Shown here: positions 63,819 through 64,000 of the stretch, one piece after another | Layout: the number at the start of each line of letters is the position of its first letter | Numbering within the stretch: position 1 is the first letter of the stretch | Assembly: GCF_001194135.2 (NCBI RefSeq) | Contig: NC_068995.1 | Span: 16,842,752-16,906,751 of the forward strand | DNA length: 64,000 nt | DNA from: Octopus bimaculoides | Lineage: Eukaryota | Direction of reading: 5' to 3' | Made by a program: the position numbers and the translations under genes | Notes under the pieces: model-generated | The model's input: only the letters and a program-made list of their open reading frames with translations | What the model was told of the DNA's origin: nothing | Databases searched by the model: none

Positions 63819-64000
63819 TAACGACGCCATAGTTCTCAATTTCGAATATAAAGTGAATCATTTAAGTGCCAAGTTAAAAAAATTCAACAAGAATATAAAA
63901 TATGTTGTCTCCTAAGAAACTCACGATCGTCCGATGGTCGGTTGCGAAAAAATCTGGGTAACATAGATTCACTGATTTCAGTTGAACACGAAATACAGCT

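Overview
A eukaryotic, AT-rich, repeat-dominated window from a draft assembly with about 18 N-gaps, almost all flanked by (TA)n/(AG)n/(CA)n microsatellites. The SINE, LINE and mariner families look like those I know from octopus (coleoid cephalopod) genomes; this is inference, not a database result. I recognise no intact host protein-coding gene, tRNA, rRNA or CRISPR array, and most ORF-track entries are microsatellite or N artefacts. The supportable content is as follows. (1) DNA transposons: two degenerate DD34D-type mariner transposases (about 4.9-5.8 kb and 8.3-9.1 kb), one internally deleted DD37D/maT element with TIRs (53.0-53.9 kb), and two further maT fragments. (2) LINE relics: an RTE C-terminus with three C2H2-like fingers fused to an L1/Tx1-like linker (3.0-3.85 kb), an R4/Dong-like RT region (13.2-14.5 kb), and L1/Tx1-like ORF1/3'-end pieces (17.6-18.9 kb). 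(3) More than 35 copies or fragments of four SINE families. The best leads are a near-complete minimal hammerhead-ribozyme core at 54982-55008, about five related (TA)n-anchored elements that keep hammerhead-like motifs at constant spacing, the chimeric LINE, a fold-back palindrome with a perfect 34-bp inner stem at 12.5 kb, and a speculative phase-compatible chain of minus-strand exons at 47-61 kb. Repeat boundaries were read by eye and are approximate (about +/-20 bp).
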